Of a stretch of DNA of 64,000 nt, positions 49,665 through 58,663 are shown in pieces. Each line of letters begins with the position of its first letter. Position 1 is the stretch's first letter. The stretch is from an uncultured Armatimonadetes bacterium (lineage in GTDB: Bacteria > Armatimonadota > Hebobacteria > Hebobacterales > Hebobacteraceae). The notes under the pieces were generated by a model. The model was not told the origin of the DNA and ran no database searches. It saw only the letters and a program-made list of their open reading frames with translations. The DNA lies in contig OY970296.1 in assembly GCA_963716175.1 (NCBI GenBank), positions 2,464,001-2,528,000 on the forward strand, read 5' to 3'. The position numbers were made by a program, and so were the translations under genes.

Positions 49665-51890
49665 TCACAGGCGGCCAAAGACCACCGGCCGCTCCTGCTG
49701 GCGGAACCCGAAATCGGCTCCGCTCGCCCGCTGCCCTGGCTCGAGGCGAAACGACCAGGAGCTGGGAGGAACGGGGCTGAGTAGAGGGTCACGCGGCTGG
49801 TCCGGGAGCGCAACCGTGTACCGGCCCGGCCTCAAGCCGCTGAACTGATAGCGCCCTTGGTCATCGCTTGTGGTGCGCGCCCCGGTGTTCAGCTCCACTG
49901 CCACTCCCGCCAGAGGCGCTTGCTGCCCGGAGCCGGTCTCGACATACACCCGGCCGCTGATCAGGCAGAGGCGGGTGACCGTGAAGTCAGCCCGGCCTCT
50001 CTCCTGCGGTGTTGCGAACACAGTGCGTGCTCGCAGGTCGCCCTCCAGGTCGGCGGGAATCCGCTCTGGGTCCAGCCTCAGCGTGTGGCGGCCTTCGCTC
50101 ACCGCGAGGAACTGATAGCTCCCGTCGGACCGGGTCACCGCCACCTCTCCGTCATCTAGCAAGACAGCCACGTCCGGAACGCCCCGACCCGCATCATCTC
50201 TCACCTGGCCCCCGATGTGGGCTGTTCCTGCTCCCGCTCGGCCCGGCCCTCCGAAGGCCAGCGCGGCTTGCACTGCGAAGGCCATCTCCGGACCTGAGCT
50301 TGGCAGTCCGGAGTCGAAGCTGCCGTAGCGCACTGAAACCACCTGGTCTCGCGCCGGCCGCCATTCGATTCTGCATTCGGGATGGACAGCAGAACTCTCC
50401 CAGGCCAGCGCGGTTTGCACACGCACCCGCCTGCTGACGGGAGAGTAGGTTCCGAGGCGATAGCTGCGGCCGCCCCCGCCGTCCCCGGTCGGTGGTGCGC
50501 TTGAGCTCAGGAACATCTGCCGGCCGGAGGCTGCGGCCCGCGACAGGCTCCATTCCAGACCCGATTGGCCCGTACCCTCTCGCATGGCGACATACCGCAC
50601 GATGCCCGCCACAGGCCGGCGGAAGAAGGAGATGGAGAAGGCGTCGGACAGCCAGCCCTCTCCCGACGACGTGCCCCGCGCTCGCTCCACAGCAGCCTGG
50701 GCGCGGCCCAGGCTCCACCGCAGGCCCAGCGCGCTGGCCTCGTCCTGATACCATCCCTCCACCGCTGAGGCGCGGCCCAGGATCGCGAGCGCCGGCGTTG
50801 CTTTCACCTGCCCCCACAAGGCCCGGCGCCGGTTCTCGCTGCCCTCCAGCGCTGACGAATAGAGGGAGAAGCGTGGTCTTTCCCAACGCGCTGAAGTGTA
50901 GTAAGACCCGTCGGCGGCGATGCCCGCTTCCGTCGTCAACTCTCGCCCCGCCCGCGTCTCGGCTCGCAGGGAGAGCTGACCCTTGGCCCGTTCGCCAGGC
51001 CTAGCCGTGGGTAGCATGACTGAGGCCCCAGCCCTGGTGCTGTCCGAGAGCGCCGTGGAGAACATGATACCGGTGGCCGTGCCGAATAGAGGATCGAACA
51101 CATCACCTAGCTGATAGCGGCGCCCTGCTTCGCTGATATCCATGTTGAAATAGGACAGCACTGGGCTGAAGGGTGAGCTCGGGTCGAGTCCGCGCTGCCG
51201 GCTCTCGAGCGTGTACAGCGGTGGCCCGATGCTCTCCTGGTAGATGCCCCGGCTCGCAGGCCCGCTTAGCCCGGAGGTGCGCGACAGCCCCAGGTTCATA
51301 GCTATCGGTGAGATGTCAGCCCAGGTGCGATCGCGCGTCGTTTCCACCACCAGTTGCGCCAGCGACAGCGGCCGCGTGATCTGTGTAGGCAGAGGAGCCG
51401 GGCTGGATACGGTCGGCTTCTTCACCTCGAAGGTCTCGAATGACGGCCCTTCGGCTTCGCCCTTGTTCTTTGGCCCTGCGCCGCCGTTGGCAGCCGACCC
51501 GGCCTCAGAACCCAGGAGCAGGGCAATCTCTCTTGGCGTCGCCCAGGCCTCACCATCGCGGATCACTGGGGCCCCATCCCTCTGCCCCGAGCGTCGTCTG
51601 CCGCCTGCCTTCTGTGCGTCGGAGGATACGCCGACAACTCTGGACTGGCTGCCATCAGGGCGGATGATGTGGATATCAGTGCCGTTGATTACTACGATCA
51701 CGCCCAGCTGCGCGGCGGTAGTGGATAGGGGCAGGCGCTGCGCATCGGCCAGAGCTTCTGGCGGCAGCGCCGCCACGGCCCTACCGGTGCTAACGGCAGA
51801 CCCGGAGGCGATCTCGCTGGCCCGCGCCGCTCCCATGGCGAGCAGCAAGGTGGCGATCGAGCCGACCACGCTCGCGAGCCGAGACCTCAT
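49665..51890 (-). CDS. Exported usher-like protein with beta-strand-rich core and two C-terminal Cna-B/carboxypeptidase-regulatory-like domains
   Basis: Signal peptide; YQLGD followed by amphipathic strands; IGGQVRDD..T..DGSYQF and ISGRVY..T..QGRYQFSGLRPGRYTV. Confidence 0.6.
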   Translation of the reverse strand: MRSRLASVVGSIATLLLAMGAARASEIASGSAVSTGRAVAALPPEALADAQRLPLSTTAAQLGVIVVINGTDIHIIRPDGSQSRVVGVSSDAQKAGGRRRSGQRDGAPVIRDGEAWATPREIALLLGSEAGSAANGGAGPKNKGEAEGPSFETFEVKKPTVSSPAPLPTQITRPLSLAQLVVETTRDRTWADISPIAMNLGLSRTSGLSGPASRGIYQESIGPPLYTLESRQRGLDPSSPFSPVLSYFNMDISEAGRRYQLGDVFDPLFGTATGIMFSTALSDSTRAGASVMLPTARPGERAKGQLSLRAETRAGRELTTEAGIAADGSYYTSARWERPRFSLYSSALEGSENRRRALWGQVKATPALAILGRASAVEGWYQDEASALGLRWSLGRAQAAVERARGTSSGEGWLSDAFSISFFRRPVAGIVRYVAMREGTGQSGLEWSLSRAAASGRQMFLSSSAPPTGDGGGGRSYRLGTYSPVSRRVRVQTALAWESSAVHPECRIEWRPARDQVVSVRYGSFDSGLPSSGPEMAFAVQAALAFGGPGRAGAGTAHIGGQVRDDAGRGVPDVAVLLDDGEVAVTRSDGSYQFLAVSEGRHTLRLDPERIPADLEGDLRARTVFATPQERGRADFTVTRLCLISGRVYVETGSGQQAPLAGVAVELNTGARTTSDDQGRYQFSGLRPGRYTVALPDQPRDPLLSPVPPSSWSFRLEPGQRASGADFGFRQQERPVVFGRL

Positions 51891-52687
51891 TTTCCACCTG
51901 TGGGCCCCATCGCCAGCTTCGTGCGCGCGCCCAGCAGCGAGGGCCCGCCGCAGTCGAGGACGGCGGTGACTTCATATTCACCATCGGCCAGTCCCGCGAA
52001 CGCCTCCTTGCTCAGCTTCACCTGATGCCGGTTGAAGGGAGCGGGCAGGACCACGAAAGCGTTGAGATCGCTGGCTCGCACCAGCTCCCCGGAGCGTCGG
52101 ATCTCCAACCTTCCGGTGAACCGGAGGTGTCCCGGCCCGGCATTCTCGATCACCAGCAGCCCCATCTCCGGTCCCACGTTGAACTCCGCCACCCGCGCTT
52201 GCGCCGGGGCGGCTGCTCCGGACTGAACGTAGATAATGGTGCCGATCCGGGGGATCACCCGGGAGGGCGCGCCTCGCAGCGACAGCGCTTGTGCTTCCGC
52301 CTCGAAGATCACCACGGTCCGGGTCTCACCCACCGCGTCGGAGGGGACGCGGACGGTATAGCGCACCTGCTGGGAATCCCCGGGCGCCAGATCGAACTCA
52401 GAGGGGGTGAGCGCTACCCAGCCGCTAGCCGACTGCGGCAACCTCCCCGCGCTCACGAAGATCACCACCCCATCCGGCCGCAGCGTCCAGTCCTGGCAGT
52501 AGGCCTTGATGTGCTGGCGATTGGCCCCCGTGTTCGTTATCTGGATGGCGTCAGTGTGGGCACGACCCGGGTCAACCTGGAGCTCCAGGGTGAGCGGGGA
52601 GACCTCAATGGAGCAGACGCTGGCCGCGCTGGCGGCGCCGGCGAAGAGCAGGATCCCCAAAGCACAGGCCGTGATCACCTTGTACAT
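51887..52687 (-). CDS. PapD-like pilus chaperone
   Basis: Signal peptide; IEVSPL.LEL, I.ITNTG, QDW, W..LTP.EF.L.PG..Q.VRYTV, IENAG..H.R. Confidence 0.75.
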   Translation of the reverse strand: MYKVITACALGILLFAGAASAASVCSIEVSPLTLELQVDPGRAHTDAIQITNTGANRQHIKAYCQDWTLRPDGVVIFVSAGRLPQSASGWVALTPSEFDLAPGDSQQVRYTVRVPSDAVGETRTVVIFEAEAQALSLRGAPSRVIPRIGTIIYVQSGAAAPAQARVAEFNVGPEMGLLVIENAGPGHLRFTGRLEIRRSGELVRASDLNAFVVLPAPFNRHQVKLSKEAFAGLADGEYEVTAVLDCGGPSLLGARTKLAMGPTGGK

Positions 52688-52740
52688 CTTGTGCCTCCTC
52701 CGCTCCTGGGTAGAGCATGTCCGCAGCAGTCGGTAACCTC

Positions 52741-52770
52741 CGGGGGTGGGCCCGACCGGGCCCACCCCCG
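52741..52770. terminator. Strong intergenic hairpin between pilin and chaperone genes
   Basis: CGGGGGTGGGCCC-gacc-GGGCCCACCCCCG, 13-bp perfect stem; no U-tract. Confidence 0.6.
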
Positions 52771-52799
52771 CCGAGGGAATAATCACCGACGCGCCAACC

Positions 52800-53309
52800 C
52801 TACGGAGCCGACAGCGTGTACACCACGCTCTGGGTGTAGCTGCCGGTCTGGTAGTTCCAGTCATTGGCCAGGAAGTAGGAGAAGGTTCCGCTCCGCTGGC
52901 CGGACCCGGTCCATGAGCCCGCGGGCTGGGCCAAGGTGTTCATGGTGCCGGCCACGAATCCGGAGCCGGATGCCGTCCACGTCACCTTCGCGATCGGGAT
53001 GCTGTCAACGCCGGACTCGAGATCACCGCTCGCCTGCACGGTGAGAGTGACAGTCTGGCTGCTCCCGCTGTGGGCCTTCACCGTCACCGAGACTGGGTTT
53101 TCGCTCGCCCCAATCGAGGGCACACTATCCGGGTCCGAGTCCGCGAAGTTGATCGCAGCCACGCCCAGTGTGAGCTTCGCCTTCGCCGCGACCGCGGCGT
53201 TGATCGTCAACGTCTGCTGATCAGTCACGGCCCAGCCCACCGCGCTCATGCTCAACAGCACGGCCAGGCAAGTGACTACCATCGTTCCCGCAACAGCATA
53301 CTTTCTCAT
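52800..53309 (-). CDS. Putative pilin/fimbrial subunit (probably major)
   Basis: GGAGG RBS, signal peptide, alternating LTINAAV N-terminal extension, C-terminal GSYTQSVVYTLSAP. Confidence 0.65.
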   Translation of the reverse strand: MRKYAVAGTMVVTCLAVLLSMSAVGWAVTDQQTLTINAAVAAKAKLTLGVAAINFADSDPDSVPSIGASENPVSVTVKAHSGSSQTVTLTVQASGDLESGVDSIPIAKVTWTASGSGFVAGTMNTLAQPAGSWTGSGQRSGTFSYFLANDWNYQTGSYTQSVVYTLSAP

Positions 53310-53364
53310 CGTTGAGCCTCCGCTCTTGGTTTCTGATCGCCTTTCCTAGTGAGGCGCCCCACAC

Positions 53365-53907
53365 TCAATAGGCGATCAGTGTATACACCAGGTTCTGACT
53401 GTAGGCCCCGACCGCATAGGACCAGGAGTTCTGCAGCCAGAACCGTAGCTGCCCTGTAGCATCCACCTTCCAGAGCCACTGCCCCACCAGCTCGGGCTGA
53501 GTCTTGCTCAATGTTCCCGAGACGAAGCCCTGCCCTTGGGCCGTCCAGGTAACCTGGCCGACCGGGATCGAATCTGACCCTGACAGCAGGTCTCCCACTG
53601 CCTGTACCGTCAACTGAGACGGGCTTGATGGCTGCTGGCCTTTGACCACTACCCTCACTTGGACCGGGTTCTCGGCGGCGCCAATCGTCGGAGCCAGGTC
53701 CGGATCGGCGGAGGGAAACGAGACGGTGGTGACATCGAAGGAAAGCTCGGCCTGGCTGGCGTGAGCCACGCCCGACGCCAGCGCCAGGACGACCGCGATC
53801 GCGGGTGCCAGCCGCGCCGTCCGGGCGCAGCCTCTCCCCGCACACCAACTCCGAAGCTGTCGTGCTTTCGCCGCCACCTGCTCGCTCTCGCGCGTCCCTT
53901 GTTCCAT
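53365..53907 (-). CDS. Putative pilin paralog; start uncertain
   Basis: Shares F...DPD..P.IGA.ENPV.V.V, LTVQA.GDL.SG.DSIP...VTWTA.G.GFV.GT and G.Y.Q..VYTL with 52800-53309. Confidence 0.65.
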   Translation of the reverse strand: MEQGTRESEQVAAKARQLRSWCAGRGCARTARLAPAIAVVLALASGVAHASQAELSFDVTTVSFPSADPDLAPTIGAAENPVQVRVVVKGQQPSSPSQLTVQAVGDLLSGSDSIPVGQVTWTAQGQGFVSGTLSKTQPELVGQWLWKVDATGQLRFWLQNSWSYAVGAYSQNLVYTLIAY

Positions 53908-53950
53908 AGAACCCGTCCGGCTCCAACATGCGACCTGCCTCCCAGAATGC

Positions 53951-53994
53951 AAAAACCCGTTTCCCGAGGGCGCTGGTGGCCTTGGAAACGGGTC
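53951..53994 (-). terminator. Intrinsic terminator, likely riboswitch expression platform
   Basis: Minus strand ACCCGTTTCC...GGAAACGGGT followed by TTTT, between aptamer and first gene. Confidence 0.8.
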
Positions 53995-54079
53995 AGTGTG
54001 GTGCTCGTGGTCTCCGCTAGGCCAGCCGACTCAGCCCTCCCAGCGCTCCCCAGACTCAGCTGGTGAATCGCTGGTACGG

Positions 54080-54176
54080 TCTCCTTCGGCAGCCTGGCTG
54101 TCATCGTCCGCGCTAGCGGACCTTAGATCCACGGCTTTGCGTCCCCGCCTTTCGGCGGGTTTGCCTTTATCGGAAG
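54080..54176 (-). promoter_or_regulatory. c-di-GMP-I (GEMM-I) riboswitch
   Basis: Minus strand CCGATAAAGGCAAACCCGCC-GAAA-GGCGGGGACGCAAAGCCGTGGATCTAAGGTC...GACAGCCAGGCTGCCGAA: GGCAAAC, GNRA loop, GACGCAAAGC, receptor CTAA and GCTGCC. Confidence 0.93.
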
Positions 54177-54575
54177 ACAGTTCGCTTCTCAAAGAGCAAG
54201 GACCAGGCGCTGGCGGCTTCGCCGACACCCGGTCCAGGTTCACTAGGTTTCTTCCACAGTCATCACGCGGTTTTGAGATTCCACTCTCAGGTCTTGGGGC
54301 GGTTTATCAGACATCGAGCCAGGCCGCGCCAGCGGCTTCAAGATGCCCCTGGGCCGCATCCCCTCGCCGGCATCAGGCGGAGAGCAGGGCAGCAGCGTGT
54401 GGCTAGGTCGGTTGTGCCGGCCGCCACCCCGGTCGCTTTGCGACTTGGCGGCTCTTGCCCAGGCCTACCTGCTGCTACCAGGAAAAGCAGGGCCGCCAAC
54501 GAAAAGAGAGTCGCTCTCTCCGGGGCGCCAAGTTAGGCCGGATGACACTGCCCCTGGGTGGAAAGGAACTAGCCC

Positions 54576-55805
54576 ATGACTGAGAAACAGCGCAAAGCGG
54601 CCCTCCAGCGCGGCCGACCCTCCATCGCCTGGCCCGGCGAGCCACTGCTGGGAAGCTACTACGGGGAGGAGGAGATCGAGACTGTTGTCAAGACCATTCG
54701 CGCCTCCCTCGATCCTACCGTCGGGTTCGGCTTCATCTGCGAGGAGATCGAGGAGTTCGAGAAGGCGTTCGCCAAGTACGTCGGCACCGACTATTCCGTC
54801 TCCATCAACGGGGCCGGCGGCGGCCTCGACATGGCGGTGATGGCGCTGGATCTGCAGCCGGGCGACGAGGTGATCGCTCCCTCCATCAACTTCCGCGCCG
54901 CCCTCATGTCCATCATCGGCCAGGGCGGCAAGCTGGTGCTGTGCGAGATTGACCCCAGGACTCTGAACCCCGACTTGAACGACGTCGAGAAGAAGATCAC
55001 GCCGCGGACGCGGGCCATTCTCCCCACCCATATGAACGGGCTCTCGGCCGACATGGACGGCCTGCTGGAGCTGGCCAGCCGCTACCCCAACCCCAAGCAC
55101 GGCCCGCTCAAGGTGATCGGCGACGGGGCCCGCGCCTGCGGGGGTGGCTACAAGGGCACCAAGATCGGGAAGCGGGGCTGGATGAACGTGTTCAGCTTCC
55201 ACACCCAGAAGAACATGACCACTCTGGGGGAAGGAGGCGCCCTCACCACCGACGATCCGGACCTGCGCACCCGGCTTCAGGGCGTGCGCCAGTTCGGCAA
55301 CCCCATCCATTACGCCGATCCCAATCTGCGGGGAGCGGGGTGGGGGTCCAATTACAAGATGACCAAGGTGCAGGCCGCGGTCGGGCTGGTGCAGTTGCGC
55401 CGGCTCGATGGCCTCATTCAGAACCGGCGCCGGCTGGCGCAGGCCCGCAGCAAGCTGCTGGAGGGCTGCCCGGGCCTGCAATTGCCCTATGAGCCGGAGG
55501 GCTACGAGCACAGCTACTATCTCTACTCGATCCTGGTCCCGAAGGAGTGGGCCGGCGACAAGCGCGATAAGCTGATGCAGATGCTGAAGGACGACTACGG
55601 GGTTGACACCGTGGTGGCCAACCCGCCTTGCCACCAGACCGTCACCTTCATCAAGCATCACACGCAAGGCCAGCAGCTGCCCATCTCCGACGAGGTGGGC
55701 GCGCGGCTCTTCTGCCCGCCCATGCACCCCATGATGTCGGACGCGGACAACGAGTTCATCTCCGCCGCCATCTGGGAGGCGGTGGAACGGATTCGAAAGG
55801 AATAG
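54576..55805 (+). CDS. DegT/DnrJ/EryC1/StrS family aminotransferase
   Basis: FEKAFA, PGDEVI, ITPRTRAI, IGDGARA, FSFHTQKNMTTLGEGG, NYKMT. Confidence 0.9.
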   Translation: MTEKQRKAALQRGRPSIAWPGEPLLGSYYGEEEIETVVKTIRASLDPTVGFGFICEEIEEFEKAFAKYVGTDYSVSINGAGGGLDMAVMALDLQPGDEVIAPSINFRAALMSIIGQGGKLVLCEIDPRTLNPDLNDVEKKITPRTRAILPTHMNGLSADMDGLLELASRYPNPKHGPLKVIGDGARACGGGYKGTKIGKRGWMNVFSFHTQKNMTTLGEGGALTTDDPDLRTRLQGVRQFGNPIHYADPNLRGAGWGSNYKMTKVQAAVGLVQLRRLDGLIQNRRRLAQARSKLLEGCPGLQLPYEPEGYEHSYYLYSILVPKEWAGDKRDKLMQMLKDDYGVDTVVANPPCHQTVTFIKHHTQGQQLPISDEVGARLFCPPMHPMMSDADNEFISAAIWEAVERIRKE

Positions 55806-55845
55806 CTGGCGCGGCTCCGACTCTCTGCGCCTAGGCGGGTGAACC

Positions 55846-56652
55846 TTGGCCAACAAAGCTAGGATCATGTACGAGATGACGGTGAGGCAGGTCCGGGAGG
55901 GCCTGCGGGAGATGAAGACCGTGCTGCTGCCGGTCGGGGTGGTGGAGCAGCACGGTTACCATCTGCCTCTCAGCACCGACATCCTGGTGGCGCAGGAGAC
56001 TGCGCGCCTGGCGGCCGAGAAGACAGGTTGCTTCGTGGCCCCGGCGGTGCACTACAGCTTCTCGGGCGGAATGCTCCCGGGCACCATCAACATCAGCCCC
56101 CAGGTCTTCTCTTTGGTGCTGATGGATATCTTTCGCAGCCTGGTCGTTCAGGGGTTCCGCAGCGTCATCGTGGTTCCGGGGCATGGCGGCACCGAGGCGG
56201 TGCGGGCCATCCAGGATGCAGCCGAGAACTTCCAGCGCCTCAGCCCCGAACTGGAGGGAGTCGTCATCGCGGTGTTTCGCCGCGAGCAGTCGCGTGCGTT
56301 GGAAGCCGCGCGCCGCCAGCTCGGCAACACCGGCCCGGATTTCCACGCGGGCCTGGCGGAGACTTCCCTGGTGCTGTACTTCAGGCCCGACCTGGTGCGG
56401 ATGCAGCAGGCCCAACAGGACCGGCCCCAGATCCTGGCGATGATGCTGGCCGACCAGGACGGCTACCTGCAGAGAACCCGAAGAGTTGAGGACGACCAGG
56501 TGGTGCCCAAACTGACCCAGCATCCCGAGATCGAGGTCGGGGTCATGGGTCACTACCAGGGGGCCAGCCCGGAGCTGGGCCGGGCGATGGCGGAGGAGCG
56601 GGCTGCGGCCCTGGCCGAGCTGGTATTGAAGCTGGAGGCGGCGGCTGGCTAG
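55846..56652 (+). CDS. Creatininase family amidohydrolase
   Basis: LPVGVVEQHGYHLPLSTD, PGT, GHGG, HAGLAETS, GVMG. Confidence 0.9.
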   Translation: MANKARIMYEMTVRQVREGLREMKTVLLPVGVVEQHGYHLPLSTDILVAQETARLAAEKTGCFVAPAVHYSFSGGMLPGTINISPQVFSLVLMDIFRSLVVQGFRSVIVVPGHGGTEAVRAIQDAAENFQRLSPELEGVVIAVFRREQSRALEAARRQLGNTGPDFHAGLAETSLVLYFRPDLVRMQQAQQDRPQILAMMLADQDGYLQRTRRVEDDQVVPKLTQHPEIEVGVMGHYQGASPELGRAMAEERAAALAELVLKLEAAAG

Positions 56653-56728
56653 CCGCAATGCCGGCGCGCGCGTCCACTGTGCTTCCAGGCTCGAAGCGGA
56701 TAGACGTAGATGCAGGAGAGAGATAGTG

Positions 56729-58411
56729 ATGGGGACCACTGGCAGCTACGACCCCTGCTATTGGATCTTCGCCCTGCGCAACCCGGAGGACCTGGACTGG
56801 GCGAAGGCGCAGGGCTTTGGCGGAGTGGGTTTCTGGGGCGCGGATCGCGATGGCGATAACCTGAAGTACTACTTCACCTCGCCCACCCTGGCGGCCCAGC
56901 CCTGGGCGCGTTTCGAGGGAGACCGCCTCACCCCCTTCGCCGCCCGCGCCCATGCCCTGGGGCTGAAAGTGTTCGTCAACATGGAGGGCGTGAACCCCTG
57001 GCACTGGCCGCCTGGGCGCACCAACTGGAGCCCGAAAATCCTGGCCGGCGTGATCACCGATCTGCACCACTGCGGCACGGACCGCTGGTTCGACGAGTGC
57101 TTCAGCTGCTATTCGGACTTCTTCTTTGCGCTCGCGAATACCGCCAAGCACATCGGAATGGAGTATCAGGAGGGGACTGATCCGCAGTCGCTCTACAGCG
57201 AGGCCCAGTTCCAGACTCGCAGCAACTTCCCCGGGCTTTTCGAGCACTGCCACCCCCTCGGCATCTACCATTATTACCTGCGGCGCGATGTCGGCTTCAA
57301 CACTGCCACCCTGGCTCAGGAGGGGACTCTGGGCTACGGCTTCGCGAAGGCCTGGGGCCACCCCATGGCCCTGGTCTACTCCATCGCGCATGACTGGGGG
57401 ATCAGTCCAGAGCATTGGCCGGGCGTGCTGCGAGCGTGCTGTCTGATCCGGGCGCTGCAGTTTCGGGTTGACGACATCATGGTGATCGGCGTGAACTCCG
57501 AGCGCGGCGCCCGGCTCGACGTGCCGGCCACCAAGGCCTGGGTCGCGGGATACGTGGAGAAGCAGGCGCAGGAGCGGCGTCCCTTGCTCAACATCATCGC
57601 CCACCTCTCCATAGGGACGAATGCACACTGGGATGACTTTGCGGTGTCAGGCGATGCTATCACCTCGGGCGCGTTCCACGCCGGCTATGATGTGGCCTGC
57701 AGCACCAGCCCCCTGGCGGATGCCGACGCCTATTGGGTCTACACGCGAGGAAGCGACCAGGAGGGGACTCTGGACCTGACCCCCGAGATCGCCCGCTTGT
57801 GGGATGGCGCCAACCCGGTCTTCCTGCAATGCGGCGCCCGCATCCCCAGCGGAGAGTCTCTGACCGAGAGCTGGAGTAAGGTGCTGACCGAGTGCGGCGT
57901 GAACCCGGAGGCCGGCTTCGATTACGGGGACCTGCCCGCGACCAGCGCCTATCAGGGCCTGACCTTCAAGTACACCGGCTATCGGGCAAAGGGCGAGCAA
58001 GGTACGGAGCGCCGCCGCGGCACCTTGATCCCAAAGACCGCGGTGACTGGGACCGTGCATGCTGCCTCGGCTGCCACGCCCCTGATCATCGGCCGCAACC
58101 GCAAGTACCTGATCCCGGCCACCTGCCTGAGCTGGCAGGCGAGCTATCCCATTGGTCAGCTCCTTTCCGGCTGCGGGGCGAAGCCCACCTCCAACGTCTG
58201 GGGGATCGCGGGGGAGAAGGTAACGGCCCTGCTGGCGATCGAGGACACGACGCTCGAGATCACTCTCCCGCGCCTGGAGGACGGCGCCAGGATTCACGTG
58301 GTTGAGTGGGACGAGTATCACCACAGAGTCCGCGAGGACACGGTCACGTACCGGGCACCGTTCAGCAGGGGTCTGGGGCGCTACCACTTGCTGGTAGTGG
58401 ACGCGGCCTGA
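56729..58411 (+). CDS. Hypothetical protein, possibly glycoside-hydrolase-like
   Basis: 560-aa ORF with typical codon usage; AARAHALGLKVFVN and WFDE resemble TIM-barrel GH segments (weak). Confidence 0.65.
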   Translation: MGTTGSYDPCYWIFALRNPEDLDWAKAQGFGGVGFWGADRDGDNLKYYFTSPTLAAQPWARFEGDRLTPFAARAHALGLKVFVNMEGVNPWHWPPGRTNWSPKILAGVITDLHHCGTDRWFDECFSCYSDFFFALANTAKHIGMEYQEGTDPQSLYSEAQFQTRSNFPGLFEHCHPLGIYHYYLRRDVGFNTATLAQEGTLGYGFAKAWGHPMALVYSIAHDWGISPEHWPGVLRACCLIRALQFRVDDIMVIGVNSERGARLDVPATKAWVAGYVEKQAQERRPLLNIIAHLSIGTNAHWDDFAVSGDAITSGAFHAGYDVACSTSPLADADAYWVYTRGSDQEGTLDLTPEIARLWDGANPVFLQCGARIPSGESLTESWSKVLTECGVNPEAGFDYGDLPATSAYQGLTFKYTGYRAKGEQGTERRRGTLIPKTAVTGTVHAASAATPLIIGRNRKYLIPATCLSWQASYPIGQLLSGCGAKPTSNVWGIAGEKVTALLAIEDTTLEITLPRLEDGARIHVVEWDEYHHRVREDTVTYRAPFSRGLGRYHLLVVDAA

Positions 58412-58498
58412 GTCGTTCACGAGCAGCGGGATAGGATACCTCCATCCCCGCGGGCACCGCACTGCTACTCGCCCCGTCCGGTGCATCCGCTGCTGCAC

Positions 58499-58527
58499 TT
58501 GACAGAATTCGTGAGAAATGGTACTAA
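58499..58527 (+). promoter_or_regulatory. Candidate sigma70 promoter for the hemA operon
   Basis: TTGACA-N17-TACTAA with TG before the -10; -10 is imperfect. Confidence 0.5.
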
Positions 58528-58663
58528 GTGCCTGCACCAAGGGCTGGGGGCGCATGTCTGTTGCCTGCCCATGCCTGAATCAGTTGTCGCACATTGCCTC
58601 TCCAGTCCTTGCAGGTGAGCGACTGCTTTCGCGCAAAGCCCCGGACTTGGCGGAGCGGACGTC

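Noticed and set aside
54080-54176. 3',3'-cGAMP-sensing (GEMM-Ib) riboswitch variant, tempting given the electron-transfer context
   Set aside because: The position equivalent to G20 is G (AAAG-G-CAAAC), the c-di-GMP signature, not A.
58509-58527. Rex operator upstream of hemA
   Set aside because: Only one half-site weakly matches TTGTGAA-N4-TTCACAA.
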